Origin: an uncultured delta proteobacterium
GTDB taxonomy: Bacteria; Desulfobacterota; Binatia; Binatales; Binataceae
Length of the DNA stretch: 64,000 bases
Assembly (NCBI GenBank): GCA_963724765.1
Contig: CAVRVY010000001.1
Span: 768,001-832,000, forward strand
Direction of reading: 5' to 3'
Shown here: positions 43,585 to 55,195 of the stretch, in pieces
How positions within the stretch are numbered: the stretch's first letter is position 1
Layout: every line of letters begins with the position of its first letter
Notes under the pieces: generated by a model
Databases searched by the model: none
What the model saw: only the letters and a program-made list of their open reading frames with translations
Told to the model about the DNA's origin: nothing
Program-made: the position numbers and the translations under genes

Positions 43585-43868
43585 CCGGGGAGAATCTGAT
43601 TCTCTCGCCGCTCATCACCGAGAAGGGCACGGCGGTCGGCGAGGAAGGCAACCAGGTCGTGTTCCGGGTGCGGCCGGAGGCGAGCAAGGACGCGATTCGC
43701 GACGTGATCGAGCGCATGTTCAAGGTCACGGTGCTCAAAGTGCGCACGCTCAGGGTGCTCGGCAAAAAGCGCCGCCGCGGACGGATCGTCGGCGCGCGTT
43801 CGGACTGGAAAAAAGCCTACGTGACGCTGAAAGAAGGCGACCGGATCGAATTTTTCGAGGGCCTCTAA
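43581..43868 (+). CDS. rplW: 50S ribosomal protein L23
   Basis: PLITEK, WKKAYVTL. Confidence 0.97.
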   Translation: MTGENLILSPLITEKGTAVGEEGNQVVFRVRPEASKDAIRDVIERMFKVTVLKVRTLRVLGKKRRRGRIVGARSDWKKAYVTLKEGDRIEFFEGL

Positions 43869-43906
43869 GACGCTTCGGGTGATATTGGCAATCGGGTGAC
43901 TTTGCG

Positions 43907-44737
43907 ATGGCGGTAATTCAACTCAATCCGCGGACCCCGGGTCAGCGCTTCATGCAGCTGGCGGATTTCTCGGGGCTCACCGCTAAGCCGCCCGAGAAGC
44001 GTCTGCTCGCGCCGCTCAAACATTCGGGCGGGCGCAACAACCGCGGCCGCATGACCACGCGCCATCGCGGCGGCGGTCATAAGCGCCGCCTGCGGCTGAT
44101 CGATTTCAAGCGCAACCACGACGGCGTGCCGGCCGTCGTCGCGGCGCTCGAATACGATCCCAACCGCTCGGCCAATATCGCGCTGCTGCATTATGCCGAC
44201 GGCGAGAAGCGCTACATCCTGGCGCCCGAAGGCCTCAAGCAGGGCGACAAGGTCGAATCGGGACCGCAGGCCGATATCAAGCCGGGCAACGCGCTGGCGC
44301 TCAGGAACATCCCGCTCGGCACGATGGTGCATGGGGTGGAACTCAAGCCCGGCGCGGGCGCGCAACTGGTGCGCGGCGCAGGGACGGCCGCCCAGTTGAT
44401 GGCCAAGGAAGGCAAGTTCGCGCTGCTCAAGTTGCCCTCGGGTGAGCAGCGGATGGTGCAGGCTGAGTGTCGCGCGACCATCGGTCAGGTCGGCAACCTG
44501 GACCACGAGAATATTTCGATTGGCAAGGCCGGACGCAGCCGCCATCTGGGCAAACGCCCGCACGTGCGCGGGATGGCGATGAATCCGGTCGACCATCCGC
44601 ACGGCGGCGGCGAGGGACGCTCCAAGGGCAATCATCCGCAATCGCCGTGGGGGCAGCCGGCCAAGGGTTACAAGACGCGCGGCAAGAAGCCCTCGGACCA
44701 TTACATCGTGAGCCGCCGGCCCAAGGGCAAGCGTTAG
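43907..44737 (+). CDS. rplB: 50S ribosomal protein L2
   Basis: [21 protein letters not shown]. Confidence 0.99.
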   Translation: MAVIQLNPRTPGQRFMQLADFSGLTAKPPEKRLLAPLKHSGGRNNRGRMTTRHRGGGHKRRLRLIDFKRNHDGVPAVVAALEYDPNRSANIALLHYADGEKRYILAPEGLKQGDKVESGPQADIKPGNALALRNIPLGTMVHGVELKPGAGAQLVRGAGTAAQLMAKEGKFALLKLPSGEQRMVQAECRATIGQVGNLDHENISIGKAGRSRHLGKRPHVRGMAMNPVDHPHGGGEGRSKGNHPQSPWGQPAKGYKTRGKKPSDHYIVSRRPKGKR

Positions 44738-44760
44738 GCAGAGATTAAGCAGAATTAAAA

Positions 44761-45096
44761 ATGAGGTCGCTCAAAAAAGGTCCGTTCATCGATGGCCATC
44801 TCGAACGCAAGGTCGCGGCCGCGCTCGCTTCGGGCGACAAGCGGATCATCCGGACCTGGTCGCGGCGCTCGATGGTGGTGCCGGACATGGTGGGGCTGAC
44901 GTTCGCGGTGCATAACGGCCACAAGTTCATCCCGGTCTACTGCACCGAAAACATGGTCGGTCACAAGCTGGGAGAGTTTTCGCCCACGCGCACCTTCCAC
45001 GGCCATGCGGGCGACCGCAAGGGCGAGGTCAAGGGATCCGGTGGCGGTGCGCCGGCCGCTCCACCGCCGGCCGCGGCCAAGTCGGCGGGAGGCTGA
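44761..45096 (+). CDS. rpsS: 30S ribosomal protein S19
   Basis: [21 protein letters not shown]; low-complexity tail. Confidence 0.99.
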   Translation: MRSLKKGPFIDGHLERKVAAALASGDKRIIRTWSRRSMVVPDMVGLTFAVHNGHKFIPVYCTENMVGHKLGEFSPTRTFHGHAGDRKGEVKGSGGGAPAAPPPAAAKSAGG

Positions 45097-45109
45097 GAGA
45101 GGGCTCGCG

Positions 45110-45448
45110 ATGGAATCGGTTGCCAGAACCCGCCACGTACGCATCTCGCCGCAAAAGCTGCGGCTGGTGTGCGAACTTATCGTGGGCAAGAAAATCGACC
45201 TTGCGCTCTCGGTGCTCGAGTTCACGGCCAAGCGCAGCGCCAAGGTGGTATCCAAAACTTTGCTGGCGGCGGTGGCCAACGCGCGCGACCAGCAGAACGT
45301 CGACGAGGATCGGCTCTATGTGAAACGTGCGACCGCCGACACGGGACCGACCTGGAAGCGATCGCTCGCGCGCGCGCACATGCATTCAACGCCGATCCTC
45401 AAGCGCACCAGCCATCTGACGGTGGTGGTCGACGAGCGCGCCTCGTAG
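45110..45448 (+). CDS. rplV: 50S ribosomal protein L22
   Basis: [27 protein letters not shown]; ATG at 45110. Confidence 0.97.
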   Translation: MESVARTRHVRISPQKLRLVCELIVGKKIDLALSVLEFTAKRSAKVVSKTLLAAVANARDQQNVDEDRLYVKRATADTGPTWKRSLARAHMHSTPILKRTSHLTVVVDERAS

Positions 45449-45456
45449 GGAGCCCC

Positions 45457-46137
45457 ATGGGACAGAAATCGCATCCGCGCGGGCTGCGGCTCGGCATTAT
45501 CGAGGGTTGGGATTCCAAATGGTATGCGTCGCACAACTACGCGGCGCTGCTGCACGAGGATTTGAAGCTGCGCGACTTCATCAAGCGCCGCCTCTACCAC
45601 GCCGGCATCTCGCGGATCGAGATCGAACGGATGGCCAACAAGGCCAAGATTAATATCCACACGGCGCGTCCCGGAATCGTGATCGGCAAGAAAGGCGCGG
45701 AGATCGACAAGCTCAAGGGCGACATCCAGAGACTGATGAAGGGCAAGGAGGCGTTCATCAATATTCACGAAGTGCGCCGCCCGGACCTTGATCCGCAACT
45801 GGTGGCCGAGAATATCGCGCTCCAACTGGAGCGGCGCGTGGCCTTTCGCCGCGCGATGAAAGAGGCGGTGCTGCGCGCGATGCGGATGGGCGCGCAGGGG
45901 GTCAAAGTCCACGTCGCGGGGCGCCTGGGCGGCGCGGAAATCGCGCGCGTGGAGTGGTATCGCGAAGGACGCGTGCCGCTGCAGACGCTGCGTGCGGACG
46001 TGGCCTACGGATTTGCCGAGGCGCGCACCACCTACGGCCAGATCGGCGTGAAAGTATGGATTTTCCGCGGCGAGGTTCTGACCCGCAAAGAGGAAGACAT
46101 CCGGCGCTCCGGCCTTAGCGGAGCCCATCAGCAGTAA
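45457..46137 (+). CDS. rpsC: 30S ribosomal protein S3
   Basis: [39 protein letters not shown]. Confidence 0.99.
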   Translation: MGQKSHPRGLRLGIIEGWDSKWYASHNYAALLHEDLKLRDFIKRRLYHAGISRIEIERMANKAKINIHTARPGIVIGKKGAEIDKLKGDIQRLMKGKEAFINIHEVRRPDLDPQLVAENIALQLERRVAFRRAMKEAVLRAMRMGAQGVKVHVAGRLGGAEIARVEWYREGRVPLQTLRADVAYGFAEARTTYGQIGVKVWIFRGEVLTRKEEDIRRSGLSGAHQQ

Positions 46138-46168
46138 CGGAGAGCATGCGCGCTAGCGGAATTGCATA

Positions 46169-46594
46169 ATGCTTCAGCCCAAAAAAGTTAAATATCGCAA
46201 GATCCAGAAGGGCCGGGTGCGCGGCGCGGAGTCGCGTGGCCTGGAACTGGCCTTTGGCGACTACGGGCTGAAAAGCATCGAGACCTGTCGCATCGACACG
46301 CGCGCGCTCGAAGCGGCGCGTATCGCGCTCACCCGCCATATCAAGCGCGGCGGCCGGGTATGGATTCGGGTCTTTCCCGACAAGCCGTTCACCAAGAAGC
46401 CGGCCGAAACCCGGATGGGCAAGGGCAAGGGCGGCCCCGAGGGCTGGACGGCGGTGGTGCGGCCGGGACGGATTTTATTCGAGATGGAAGGGGTCGACCG
46501 GGCAACCGCCCACGAGGCGATGCGTCTGGCGGCGCACAAGCTGCCGGTCAAGACGATCGTGGTCGAGCGGGAGGGCGAGAGCCTTGGAGCTTGA
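46169..46594 (+). CDS. rplP: 50S ribosomal protein L16
   Basis: [18 protein letters not shown]. Confidence 0.99.
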   Translation: MLQPKKVKYRKIQKGRVRGAESRGLELAFGDYGLKSIETCRIDTRALEAARIALTRHIKRGGRVWIRVFPDKPFTKKPAETRMGKGKGGPEGWTAVVRPGRILFEMEGVDRATAHEAMRLAAHKLPVKTIVVEREGESLGA

Positions 46595-46826
46595 CGAATT
46601 CAGACAGATGAACGTCGGTGACTTGCGGCTCAAAGAACGCGAGGCGCGCGAGGAAATTTTCCGCCTCAAGCTCAAGTTGCGCACCAATCAGCTCGACAAT
46701 CCGTCGAACTATCGGCGCGCGCGCAAGGAATTGGCGCGCATTATGACTCTGCTGCGGCAGAAAAGCGGACCGGCGGGCGCGGATACCGCCGCACGGACGA
46801 AGGCGAGCGATGCGGGAGCGAGTTAA
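46584..46826 (+). CDS. rpmC: 50S ribosomal protein L29
   Basis: [22 protein letters not shown]; operon position. Confidence 0.92.
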   Translation: MELDEFRQMNVGDLRLKEREAREEIFRLKLKLRTNQLDNPSNYRRARKELARIMTLLRQKSGPAGADTAARTKASDAGAS

Positions 46827-47064
46827 ACAGCGCGTGGGCGTCGTGGTTTCGGCCAAGGCGGCCAAGACCGTGGTGGTGCGGGTGGACCGGCTGGTCCAGC
46901 ATCCGCTCTACGGCAAACGGATCCGCCAGCGCACGCGTTTCATGGCGCACGACGAACGCGGCGAGTGCCACGAGGGCGACCGCGTGCTGATTATCGAATC
47001 GCCGCCGATTTCACGACGCAAGCGCTGGCGCGTCAGCAAAGTGCTGACGCCGGCTGCCGGCTAA
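46810..47064 (+). CDS. rpsQ: 30S ribosomal protein S17
   Basis: GVVVS..KTVVV, HPLYGK, AHDE, PISRRKRW. Confidence 0.97.
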   Translation: MRERVKQRVGVVVSAKAAKTVVVRVDRLVQHPLYGKRIRQRTRFMAHDERGECHEGDRVLIIESPPISRRKRWRVSKVLTPAAG

Positions 47065-47079
47065 GGGAGCGCAGGCGTC

Positions 47080-47448
47080 ATGGTGCAGATGCGAACGGTG
47101 CTGGACGTGGCCGACAATTCGGGCGCGCGCAAGGTGATGTGCATCAAGGTGCTCGGCGGCTCGCGCCGGCGTTACGCCACCGTGGGTGACGTTATCGTGG
47201 TGGCGATTCGCGAGGCGATCCCGAATGCCAAGGTCAAAAAGGGCGATGTCGCCCGTGCGGTGATTGTGCGCACCAGCAAGGAAATCAGCCGCAACGACGG
47301 CAGTTACATCCGTTTCGATGACAACTCGGCGGTGCTGGTGGACAATCAGCACGAACCGATCGGCACCCGCATCTTCGGCCCGGTCGCTCGCGAACTGCGC
47401 GCCAAGCGCTTTCTCAAGATTATCTCGCTGGCTCCGGAGGTGCTGTGA
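47080..47448 (+). CDS. rplN: 50S ribosomal protein L14
   Basis: [20 protein letters not shown]. Confidence 0.99.
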   Translation: MVQMRTVLDVADNSGARKVMCIKVLGGSRRRYATVGDVIVVAIREAIPNAKVKKGDVARAVIVRTSKEISRNDGSYIRFDDNSAVLVDNQHEPIGTRIFGPVARELRAKRFLKIISLAPEVL

Positions 47449-47795
47449 TGGCTTCGGAACGCAGCGCGGCCAAGTATCCGGTCAAGAAGAACGACATGGT
47501 GATGGTGATCACCGGGCGCGAACGCGGCAAGACCGGCAAGGTGCTCAAAGTGATCCCCGCTTCCGGCCGCGTGATTATCGAGCGGCTCAATATCGTGAAG
47601 CGCCATTCCAAGCCGCGCGGCGCGGCGAGTCCCGGCGGTATCGTCGAGAAGGAGGCGCCAATCGCGATCTCCAACGTGATGGTGTTCTGCGATCGTTGCA
47701 ACGCGCCGGTGCGCGTGGGGGTAAAGAAAGCCGAAGCCGGCGGCGAGCGCTCGCGCGTATGCCGCCGCTGCGGCGAAGCGCTGGGTAACGAGTGA
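47448..47795 (+). CDS. rplX: 50S ribosomal protein L24
   Basis: KOW motif [28 protein letters not shown]. Confidence 0.97.
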   Translation: MASERSAAKYPVKKNDMVMVITGRERGKTGKVLKVIPASGRVIIERLNIVKRHSKPRGAASPGGIVEKEAPIAISNVMVFCDRCNAPVRVGVKKAEAGGERSRVCRRCGEALGNE

Positions 47796-48511
47796 TGGCG
47801 GACGAAAAGGACAAATCGCAGAAGCCCAAAAAAGAGCCGAAGGCCGAGCGCCAAGGTAAAAAGGGCGCCGGCGGCGCAGCGCCCGCGGCGGCCGAGACCA
47901 AGGCCGAGGCCAAGCCGCGCGAGCCCGAGGTCAAGGTGCCGGCGCGCCTGAAGTTGCGCTACGAGCAGGAGATTCGGCCGACCCTGATGCGCGAGCTCAA
48001 GATCGAAAACCCGATGCGTGCGCCGCGGCTGGATAAGATCGTGATCAATATGTCGCTCAGCGAGGCGCGCGACAACGCCAAAATTCTCGACGCCGCGGTC
48101 GAGGAGCTCAAAGTTGTTACGGGCCAGAAGCCGGTCATAACGAAGGCGCGCAAAGCGATCTCGAATTTCAAGCTGCGCGAGGGCATGCCGATTGGCGCGA
48201 TGGTGACGCTCAGGCGCGAGCGGATGTACGAGTTCTTCGACCGGCTGGTGAACGTGTCGCTGGCCCGCGTGCGCGATTTTCGCGGAGTCAGCGACAAGGC
48301 TTTCGACGGGCGCGGCAACTACTCGCTGGGCCTGCGCGAGCATACGATTTTTCCCGAGCTCAACCTGGACAAGGTCGAGCGCGTCAAGGGGCTGACGGTG
48401 ACGATCAACACGACCGCGCGCAGCGATTTCGAGGGCTACACCCTGTTGCGTGCGCTGGGGATGCCGTTTCGCGGGGCGCTCGAGCGTGAAGCCGCGGCGC
48501 GGGCGGCGTAG
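47795..48511 (+). CDS. rplE: 50S ribosomal protein L5 (N-terminally extended)
   Basis: [32 protein letters not shown]. Confidence 0.98.
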   Translation: MADEKDKSQKPKKEPKAERQGKKGAGGAAPAAAETKAEAKPREPEVKVPARLKLRYEQEIRPTLMRELKIENPMRAPRLDKIVINMSLSEARDNAKILDAAVEELKVVTGQKPVITKARKAISNFKLREGMPIGAMVTLRRERMYEFFDRLVNVSLARVRDFRGVSDKAFDGRGNYSLGLREHTIFPELNLDKVERVKGLTVTINTTARSDFEGYTLLRALGMPFRGALEREAAARAA

Positions 48512-48522
48512 GGTAAGCAGAG

Positions 48523-48708
48523 ATGGCGAAGACCTGTCTTCGGGTAAAAGCGCTGCGCACGCCCAAGTTCAAGACGCGCCAGCACAACCGCTGTCCGCTG
48601 TGCGGACGCTCGCGCGCGTTCTATCGGCGCTTCAAGATGTGCCGGCTCTGCCTGCGCAAGAACGCACTTCGCGGCGCGCTGCCCGGCGTGGTCAAGGCGA
48701 GTTGGTAG
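48523..48708 (+). CDS. rpsN: 30S ribosomal protein S14 (type Z, Zn-binding)
   Basis: 61 aa; [21 protein letters not shown]. Confidence 0.98.
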   Translation: MAKTCLRVKALRTPKFKTRQHNRCPLCGRSRAFYRRFKMCRLCLRKNALRGALPGVVKASW

Positions 48709-48801
48709 GGACGGCCGGTTGAGCCATCGCTTCGAGAATCGATGGGCAACAGGGAATCGACGAGCAGAAGGATCGACGGATAAAAGGATCAAAGAGACTT
48801 A

Positions 48802-49200
48802 ATGTCGCAGACCGATCCCATCGCTGAGTTGCTGACCCGGATTCGTAACGCCATGCACGCGCGTTACAACCAGGTCGAAGTCCCCCATTCGCGCATGCGC
48901 GAGGCGATTTGCCGCACGCTGTCGGCCGAGGGTTTTTTGGGCGGAGTCGAAGTCGCCGGCGAAATACCCAAGAAGAAACTGGTCGTGGGCCTGCGCTACT
49001 CGGGCGAGCGCGAGCCGGTTATCCGGGGAATCGAACGCGTCAGCCGTCCAAGCCTGCGGCGCTACGCGGGCGCCAATTCGATGCCGCGTGTGCCGCACGG
49101 GATGGGCGTGCAGGTGGTGACGACGCCGCTTGGCGTGATGACCGATCGCGAGGCGCGGCGCAAAAAGGTCGGCGGCGAAGTCCTGCTGAGGATTTGGTAG
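48802..49200 (+). CDS. rpsH: 30S ribosomal protein S8
   Basis: TDPIAELLTRIRNA, VSRPSLR, VGGEVL. Confidence 0.98.
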   Translation: MSQTDPIAELLTRIRNAMHARYNQVEVPHSRMREAICRTLSAEGFLGGVEVAGEIPKKKLVVGLRYSGEREPVIRGIERVSRPSLRRYAGANSMPRVPHGMGVQVVTTPLGVMTDREARRKKVGGEVLLRIW

Positions 49201-49214
49201 GGGAGAATGGGCCG

Positions 49215-49766
49215 ATGTCGCGCATAGGTAGATTGCCGGTGCCCTTGGAAAAAGGCGTGAAGGCCCAACTCGCGGGCGACATGCTCAAGGTCGAGGGTCC
49301 CAAGGGCAAGCTGGAGCTCAAGATACCCGAGGGCTTCGCCCTGGAGATGAGCGACTCGCGGATCGAGGTGAAACGCTCGGGCGATACGCAGCAGGAGCGC
49401 TCATTGCACGGCCTGGTGCGCAAACTCGTCGCCAACATGGCCGAAGGCGTGGGCAAGGGATTCACTCGCGTGCTCGAGATTAACGGCGTCGGCTACCGGG
49501 CCGAGGTCCGCGGCAACAATATTCATTTCACCCTGGGTTACTCGCATCCGATCGTCTACCAGTTGCCGCCCGGCGTGACGGCCAAGGTCGATCGTCAGGT
49601 GACGATCACGCTGGAGAGCGCGGACCGCCAGTTGATTGGATCGGTGGCGGCGCAGGTGCGCGAACTCAGGCCGCCCGAGCCGTACAAGGGCAAGGGTATC
49701 AAGTACGCAACCGAAAAGATTCGCCGCAAGGCCGGCAAAGCGGCGGCCGGAGCGGCGGCGGGCTAG
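49215..49766 (+). CDS. rplF: 50S ribosomal protein L6
   Basis: [24 protein letters not shown]. Confidence 0.99.
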   Translation: MSRIGRLPVPLEKGVKAQLAGDMLKVEGPKGKLELKIPEGFALEMSDSRIEVKRSGDTQQERSLHGLVRKLVANMAEGVGKGFTRVLEINGVGYRAEVRGNNIHFTLGYSHPIVYQLPPGVTAKVDRQVTITLESADRQLIGSVAAQVRELRPPEPYKGKGIKYATEKIRRKAGKAAAGAAAG

Positions 49767-49786
49767 CGTCGCGGGAGCGGATCAAG

Positions 49787-50149
49787 ATGGCTGCGGAACG
49801 ATTTGCAAAACGGATGGAGCGGCGCCGGCGCGTGCGGCGCCGGGTCAGGGGCAGCGACGAGCGGCCGCGGCTCTCGGTCTACCGTTCGCTCAACCATATT
49901 TACGCGCAGGTGGTGTCCGACGATTCGGGACAAACGCTGGTGGCGGCCTCGACGCTCAGCGCGGAGTTGCGCGAGGGGCTCAAGAGCCGGCACAACGTGC
50001 AGGCTGCCAAGGTGGTCGGCAAGACGATCGCCGAGCGCTGTCTCAGCAAGGGAATCAGCCAGGTCATCTTCGACCGCAACGGATTTCTCTATCATGGCCG
50101 CGTCAAGGCGCTGGCCGACGCGGCGCGCGAGGCGGGACTGAAGTTTTAA
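49787..50149 (+). CDS. rplR: 50S ribosomal protein L18
   Basis: [25 protein letters not shown]. Confidence 0.99.
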   Translation: MAAERFAKRMERRRRVRRRVRGSDERPRLSVYRSLNHIYAQVVSDDSGQTLVAASTLSAELREGLKSRHNVQAAKVVGKTIAERCLSKGISQVIFDRNGFLYHGRVKALADAAREAGLKF

Positions 50150-50181
50150 GGGCGCAAGCCTTTTCGCAAAACGGGAGCATC

Positions 50182-50688
50182 GTGGCACAGCGGATAGAAA
50201 CGCAAGGGCTCGACATCAAAGAAAAGGTCGTCCACATCAACCGGGTGGCCAAGGTCGTCAAGGGCGGCCGGCGCTTCAGCTTTAGCGCGCTGGTGGTGGC
50301 CGGCGATCAGAACGGCCTGGTCGGCTTTGGTTTGGGCAAAGCCAACGAAGTGCCCGAGGCGATTCGCAAGGGCGTCGAGCGGGCCAAGAAGAGCCTGATG
50401 CGGGTGCCGCTGCAGGAGGGGACGATTCCGCACGAGGTGCTCGGGCGCTTCGGCGCGGGCAAGGTGATTCTCAAGCCGGCCTCGGAAGGCACCGGGGTTA
50501 TCGCGGCGGGCGGCGTGCGCGCGGTGGTCGAACTGGCGGGTATCCGCAATATCCTGACCAAGCGGCTGGGTTCGTCCAATCCGCACAACCTGGTGAAGGC
50601 CACGCTGGAGGCGCTCGCCGAGCTGCGCAGCCCCCGGGATATCTTGCGTACGCGCGAGCACGGCCCCAAGCGTCCGGCCGCGGCCTGA
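50182..50688 (+). CDS. rpsE: 30S ribosomal protein S5
   Basis: [26 protein letters not shown]; GTG start. Confidence 0.98.
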   Translation: MAQRIETQGLDIKEKVVHINRVAKVVKGGRRFSFSALVVAGDQNGLVGFGLGKANEVPEAIRKGVERAKKSLMRVPLQEGTIPHEVLGRFGAGKVILKPASEGTGVIAAGGVRAVVELAGIRNILTKRLGSSNPHNLVKATLEALAELRSPRDILRTREHGPKRPAAA

Positions 50689-50786
50689 GGCGGGTTGCGG
50701 GAAGTTCTGAGCGAAGGGGACGTTCGAGCGAAGAAAGTTTGACGGGTCAGGCTGAAGGAAGGTCGAGCTAAGGAGAAACGCACGCG

Positions 50787-50969
50787 ATGTCGCAATCGAT
50801 CAGAATCAAGCTGGTGCGGAGCCCCATCGGGACCAACCAGCGCGTGCGCCAGACGCTTAAGGGACTGGGGCTTCGTCGCGTGGGCAGCGAGAGCGAGCTC
50901 GTGCGCAGCCCGTCAGTCGATGGCATGTTGCTTAAGGTGTTACACCTGGTTGCCGAAGTGAAGAAGTAA
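50787..50969 (+). CDS. rpmD: 50S ribosomal protein L30
   Basis: [21 protein letters not shown]. Confidence 0.95.
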   Translation: MSQSIRIKLVRSPIGTNQRVRQTLKGLGLRRVGSESELVRSPSVDGMLLKVLHLVAEVKK

Positions 50970-51448
50970 TGGCTGTGGATTTACATACGCTCAAACCGGC
51001 CCCGGGCTCAAAGCGCCGCCACGCGCGGGTGGGCCGCGGAATCGGCTCCGGCAGCGGCAAGACCGCGGGACGCGGCCACAAGGGCAAGGGCTCGCGCTCG
51101 GGCGGCAATACGCCGCCGGGCTACGAGGGCGGCCAGATGCCGCTCAAGCGGCGAGTGCCCAAGCGCGGATTTCGCCGCCTGCAGAAGGCCGAAGACCGGC
51201 GTGAAGGATTCGTAGTGGTCAACCTCAAGCGGCTGGCCGCGTTGGGCGTCGAGACAGTCGATCCGGCGCTGATGGCCGAGCGCGGGATAATCCGCGCTGC
51301 GGACAAGGTCAAGGTGCTCGGCGATGGGGCGCTGGCGGGACGGATAACCATCCGCGCCCATGCGTTTTCGTCGAGTGCGAAAGAGAAGATCGCGGCTGCC
51401 GGAGGAGTGGCGGAGTTAATCGAGGATAACCCAAAGCTTAATGCTTGA
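50969..51448 (+). CDS. rplO: 50S ribosomal protein L15
   Basis: RVGRGIGSGSGKTAGRGHKG, EGGQMPL. Confidence 0.99.
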   Translation: MAVDLHTLKPAPGSKRRHARVGRGIGSGSGKTAGRGHKGKGSRSGGNTPPGYEGGQMPLKRRVPKRGFRRLQKAEDRREGFVVVNLKRLAALGVETVDPALMAERGIIRAADKVKVLGDGALAGRITIRAHAFSSSAKEKIAAAGGVAELIEDNPKLNA

Positions 51449-52748
51449 CGGGTTCTCAAACGCCTCGCGCATCCCCGAGTTGCGCCGCCGCCTGTGGTTT
51501 ACGGCCATGATGCTGGTCGTGTACCGCGCCGGCGTAGCCGTGCCCACACCGGGCATCGATGGGCAGGCGCTCGCCTCGTTCTTTGACGCGGCTTCGAGCA
51601 CGCTGTTCGGCTGGGTCAATCTGTTCTCGGGCGGCGCGCTGGAGCGGTTTTCAGTCTTCGCACTTGGCATCATGCCCTATATCTCGGTCGCGATCATTTT
51701 GGACCTGCTCAAGGTTGCATGGCCCTACCTCGACGAACTGTACAAGGAAGGCGAGGCGGGGCGGCGCAAGATCAGTCAGTACACGCGTTACGGGACGGTC
51801 GCGCTGTCGGTGGTGCAGGGCTTCATGATCGCCGTCTCGCTCGAACATATCCAGGCGCCGGGCGGCGGCTCGGTGGTCTACGCTCCGGGCTGGAGCTTCC
51901 GCATCCTCACCGTGCTCACGGTCACCGCGGGCTCGATGTTCGTGATGTGGATCGGCGAGCAGATAACCGAGCGCGGGATAGGCAACGGCATTTCGCTGAT
52001 CATCATGGCCGGGATCGTCGCGCGCCTGCCGAGCGCGCTTTCGACCACGTTTCAGTTCGTGCGCGAGGGCGAGATGAGCCTGTTCGTGCTGATCCTGATC
52101 CTGCTGATCGTGGTCGGGGTCACCGGTTTCATCGTCTACGTGGAGACCGGCCAGCGCCGGATTCCGATTCAGTACGCGCGGCGCGTGGTCGGACGGCGGG
52201 TCTATGGCGGCCAGAGCTCGCACTTGCCGCTCAAGATCAATACCGCCGGGGTCATCCCGCCGATCTTCGCCTCTTCGATCCTGGTCTTTCCGGCCACCGT
52301 GGCGACCTTCCTCCCGGCGGCCAAGAATTACTCGTCGCTGCTCACTCCGGGCGGATGGGTTTACAACGTCGTGTACGTCGCCCTGATCGTCTTTTTCTGC
52401 TACTTCTACACGGCCGTCACTTTCAATCCGGTAGACGTCGCCGACAATCTCAAAAAGTACGGCGGCTTCATCCCGGGCATCCGGCCGGGACGCTTCACCG
52501 CCGAATACATCGATCGGGTGCTGTCGCGGATAACCCTGTTCGGCGCGATCTACGTCAGCATCATATGCGTCCTGCCGACGCTGCTGATCCAGCGCTTTAA
52601 CGTGCCCTTCTACTTCGGCGGCACCGCACTGCTGATCGTGGTCGGCGTGGCGCTCGACACGATCGCTCAGATGGAAACCCATCTGCTGACCCGCAACTAC
52701 GAAGGCTTCATGCGGCGCGGCCGGGTCAAGTCGCGCAGGGGAGGGTAG
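51441..52748 (+). CDS. secY: Preprotein translocase subunit SecY
   Basis: FALGIMPYIS, GIGNGISL, AGVIPPIFA, FIPGIRPG, FGGTALLIVVGV. Confidence 0.99.
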   Translation: MLDGFSNASRIPELRRRLWFTAMMLVVYRAGVAVPTPGIDGQALASFFDAASSTLFGWVNLFSGGALERFSVFALGIMPYISVAIILDLLKVAWPYLDELYKEGEAGRRKISQYTRYGTVALSVVQGFMIAVSLEHIQAPGGGSVVYAPGWSFRILTVLTVTAGSMFVMWIGEQITERGIGNGISLIIMAGIVARLPSALSTTFQFVREGEMSLFVLILILLIVVGVTGFIVYVETGQRRIPIQYARRVVGRRVYGGQSSHLPLKINTAGVIPPIFASSILVFPATVATFLPAAKNYSSLLTPGGWVYNVVYVALIVFFCYFYTAVTFNPVDVADNLKKYGGFIPGIRPGRFTAEYIDRVLSRITLFGAIYVSIICVLPTLLIQRFNVPFYFGGTALLIVVGVALDTIAQMETHLLTRNYEGFMRRGRVKSRRGG

Positions 52749-52754
52749 GCGCAA

Positions 52755-53432
52755 GTGCGGCTGGTTTTGCTGGGCCCGCCCGGAGCGGGCAAGGGCACGC
52801 AGGCAAGGATGCTTGAGAAGCGTCTGAACGCGCCTCAAGTGGCGAGCGGCGACCTCTTGCGCACGGCCGTGCGTAACCGCACCGCGCTGGGCGTGGAGGC
52901 CAAGCGCTACATGGACAAGGGTGCGCTGGTGCCCGACGAACTGGTGCTAAAGCTCATCGAAGAACGGCTGAACCGGCCCGATGCCGCGACCGGCTTTATC
53001 CTGGACGGTTTCCCGCGCACTGCGGCGCAGGCCGAGACGCTGACCGCGATACTCAAGGAGAACGGAGCCCGGCAGCTCGACAAGGTGGTGGCCATAATTG
53101 TGCCGGATGACGAAATCGTTAAGCGCATCTCCGGGCGGCGCACCTGCAAGAATTGCGGAGCGATGTATCATCTGATTTACGATCCGCCGCGCAATCACAA
53201 TCTGTGCAATAGCTGCAACGGCGAACTTTATCAGCGCGACGACGACGCCGAGGATACCGTGCGGATGCGCCTGGACGTTTACGCGGCGACGATGAGGCCG
53301 TTGCTGGAATATTACGAACGCGCGGGATTGCTGGCGCAGATCGACGGGATCGGGCGGCCTGAGGAAATTCAGCAACGGATCGTCAATGCGCTGGGCGACA
53401 AGGGCGTGGCGGCCAAGGGTAAACCAGCGTGA
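52755..53432 (+). CDS. adk: Adenylate kinase (Zn-lid type)
   Basis: GPPGAGKGTQA, LDGFPRT, CKNC..CNSC lid. Confidence 0.98.
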   Translation: MRLVLLGPPGAGKGTQARMLEKRLNAPQVASGDLLRTAVRNRTALGVEAKRYMDKGALVPDELVLKLIEERLNRPDAATGFILDGFPRTAAQAETLTAILKENGARQLDKVVAIIVPDDEIVKRISGRRTCKNCGAMYHLIYDPPRNHNLCNSCNGELYQRDDDAEDTVRMRLDVYAATMRPLLEYYERAGLLAQIDGIGRPEEIQQRIVNALGDKGVAAKGKPA

Positions 53433-54199
53433 TCCTGCTTAAGAATCCCGAAGAGATCGCGCTGATGCACAAGGCGAGCATGATCGTGGCCGAAATCCTC
53501 GAAGAGCTGGCGGCCGCGGTGAAGCCCGGCGTCACCACCGGGGATCTCGACCGGCTCGCCGAAGATCTGACCTATCGCAAAGGCGCGCGGCCGGCGTTCA
53601 AGGGATACAAACCGCACGATGTGGCTTATCCCAAGACGCTGTGCGTATCGGTCAACGACGAGATCGTCCATGGCATTCCGTCAGGGCGGCGTCTCAAGCC
53701 GGGCGACATCGTGGGGCTGGACTTCGGCGTGGTCTACCAGGGCTTCTTCGGCGACGCGGCGCGCACCGTGCCGGTGGGCAAAATCTCGGACCGCGCCGAA
53801 CTTTTGTTGCGCGTCACGCGCGCGGCGCTCTACGCGGGAATCGAGCAGGCGCGGGTCGGTAACCGGATAAGCGATATCGCCGGTGCGGTGCAGCAGACCG
53901 CCGAGGGTGCAGGCTTCTCGGTGGTGACCGACTTTGCCGGGCACGGTATCGGGCGCAGCCTGCACGAGGATCCGCAAGTGCCCAACTACGTGCGGCGCGG
54001 GATGCCGAATCCGCGCTTGCAGGAAGGGATGGCGCTTGCAATCGAGCCGATGATCAACGAAGGAGTGCCCGAACTGCGCATCCTCGACGACGGCTGGACG
54101 GCGGTGACCGCCGACGGCAAACTGTCGGCGCATTTCGAGCACTCGATTGCGATTACGGCCCGCGGGCCGCGAATTTTGAGCGAAATGGCAAATGTCTAA
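53429..54199 (+). CDS. map: Methionine aminopeptidase type I
   Basis: [27 protein letters not shown]. Confidence 0.98.
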   Translation: MILLKNPEEIALMHKASMIVAEILEELAAAVKPGVTTGDLDRLAEDLTYRKGARPAFKGYKPHDVAYPKTLCVSVNDEIVHGIPSGRRLKPGDIVGLDFGVVYQGFFGDAARTVPVGKISDRAELLLRVTRAALYAGIEQARVGNRISDIAGAVQQTAEGAGFSVVTDFAGHGIGRSLHEDPQVPNYVRRGMPNPRLQEGMALAIEPMINEGVPELRILDDGWTAVTADGKLSAHFEHSIAITARGPRILSEMANV

Positions 54200-54410
54200 G
54201 GGAGACTCAATCGAGGTACAAGGTACCGTACTTGAAGCGCTCCCCAACGCGATGTTCCGGGTGTCGCTGGAAAATGGACATCGGGTGCTGGCGCATATTT
54301 CGGGCAAGATGCGGATGCATTACATCAAAATCCTGCCGGGCGATCGGGTCACGGTGGAATTGTCGCCGTACGATCTGACTCGCGGGCGGATAACTTACCG
54401 GATGCGCTGA
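54192..54410 (+). CDS. infA: Translation initiation factor IF-1
   Basis: [25 protein letters not shown]. Confidence 0.99.
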   Translation: MSKGDSIEVQGTVLEALPNAMFRVSLENGHRVLAHISGKMRMHYIKILPGDRVTVELSPYDLTRGRITYRMR

Positions 54411-54528
54411 GGCGCTCGGGCAGCCCCAGGGTACGACCGGCAAGATACGATTAGCAAGATACGATTAGATTAGAGAACAGGCAGATCAGGAAACAGAACA
54501 CGACCGCACGCGAAGCGGACAGAATACG

Positions 54529-54645
54529 ATGAAAGTCAGGGCGTCAGTTAAAAAAATCTGCAAGAATTGCAAGGTTGTGCGCCGCCAGGGCGTGGTGCGC
54601 ATCCTGTGTTCCTCCAACCCGCGTCACAAGCAACGCCAGGGCTGA
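54529..54645 (+). CDS. rpmJ: 50S ribosomal protein L36 (Zn-binding form)
   Basis: Own translation: [38 protein letters not shown]. Confidence 0.98.
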   Translation: MKVRASVKKICKNCKVVRRQGVVRILCSSNPRHKQRQG

Positions 54646-54711
54646 ACCAAGACAGCCAGGACCGGCAAGATATGAAAGACGGGGAAGACAGGGAATAAGG
54701 AGAGTCGCCGC

Positions 54712-55095
54712 ATGGCACGCATCGCCGGAGTCGAACTGCCGCATCACAAGCGGATGGAAATCGCACTGACCTACATTTATGGAATCGGCCGCGGCGCGGC
54801 ACAGCAGATCCTCGCCGAAGCCAAGGTCGATCCGGCGCGCAACAGCGACGATCTGGGCGCCGACGAACAGGTTCGCATCCGCAACGTTATCGACGAAAAG
54901 TTCAAGGTCGAAGGCGATCTGCGGCGCGAGGTGCAGCAGTCGATCAAACGGCTGATGGACCTCGGATGCTACCGCGGCATCCGCCATCGCCGCGGACTGC
55001 CGGTGCGCGGCCAGCGCACGCATACCAACGCACGTACGCGCAAGGGACCGCGCAAGGTCGTCGCGGGCAAGAAGCAGTCGCCGCCCAAGGGTTAG
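54712..55095 (+). CDS. rpsM: 30S ribosomal protein S13
   Basis: [25 protein letters not shown]. Confidence 0.99.
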   Translation: MARIAGVELPHHKRMEIALTYIYGIGRGAAQQILAEAKVDPARNSDDLGADEQVRIRNVIDEKFKVEGDLRREVQQSIKRLMDLGCYRGIRHRRGLPVRGQRTHTNARTRKGPRKVVAGKKQSPPKG

Positions 55096-55195
55096 AGGCG
55101 GCTTGAGCGTGGCGCGGAAACTATCGATTGGAAATTATCGCGGAGTCTATCGGCCTGAAATTACCGGCTGAAGTGCAGGAGAGAACGCAAGCCTA

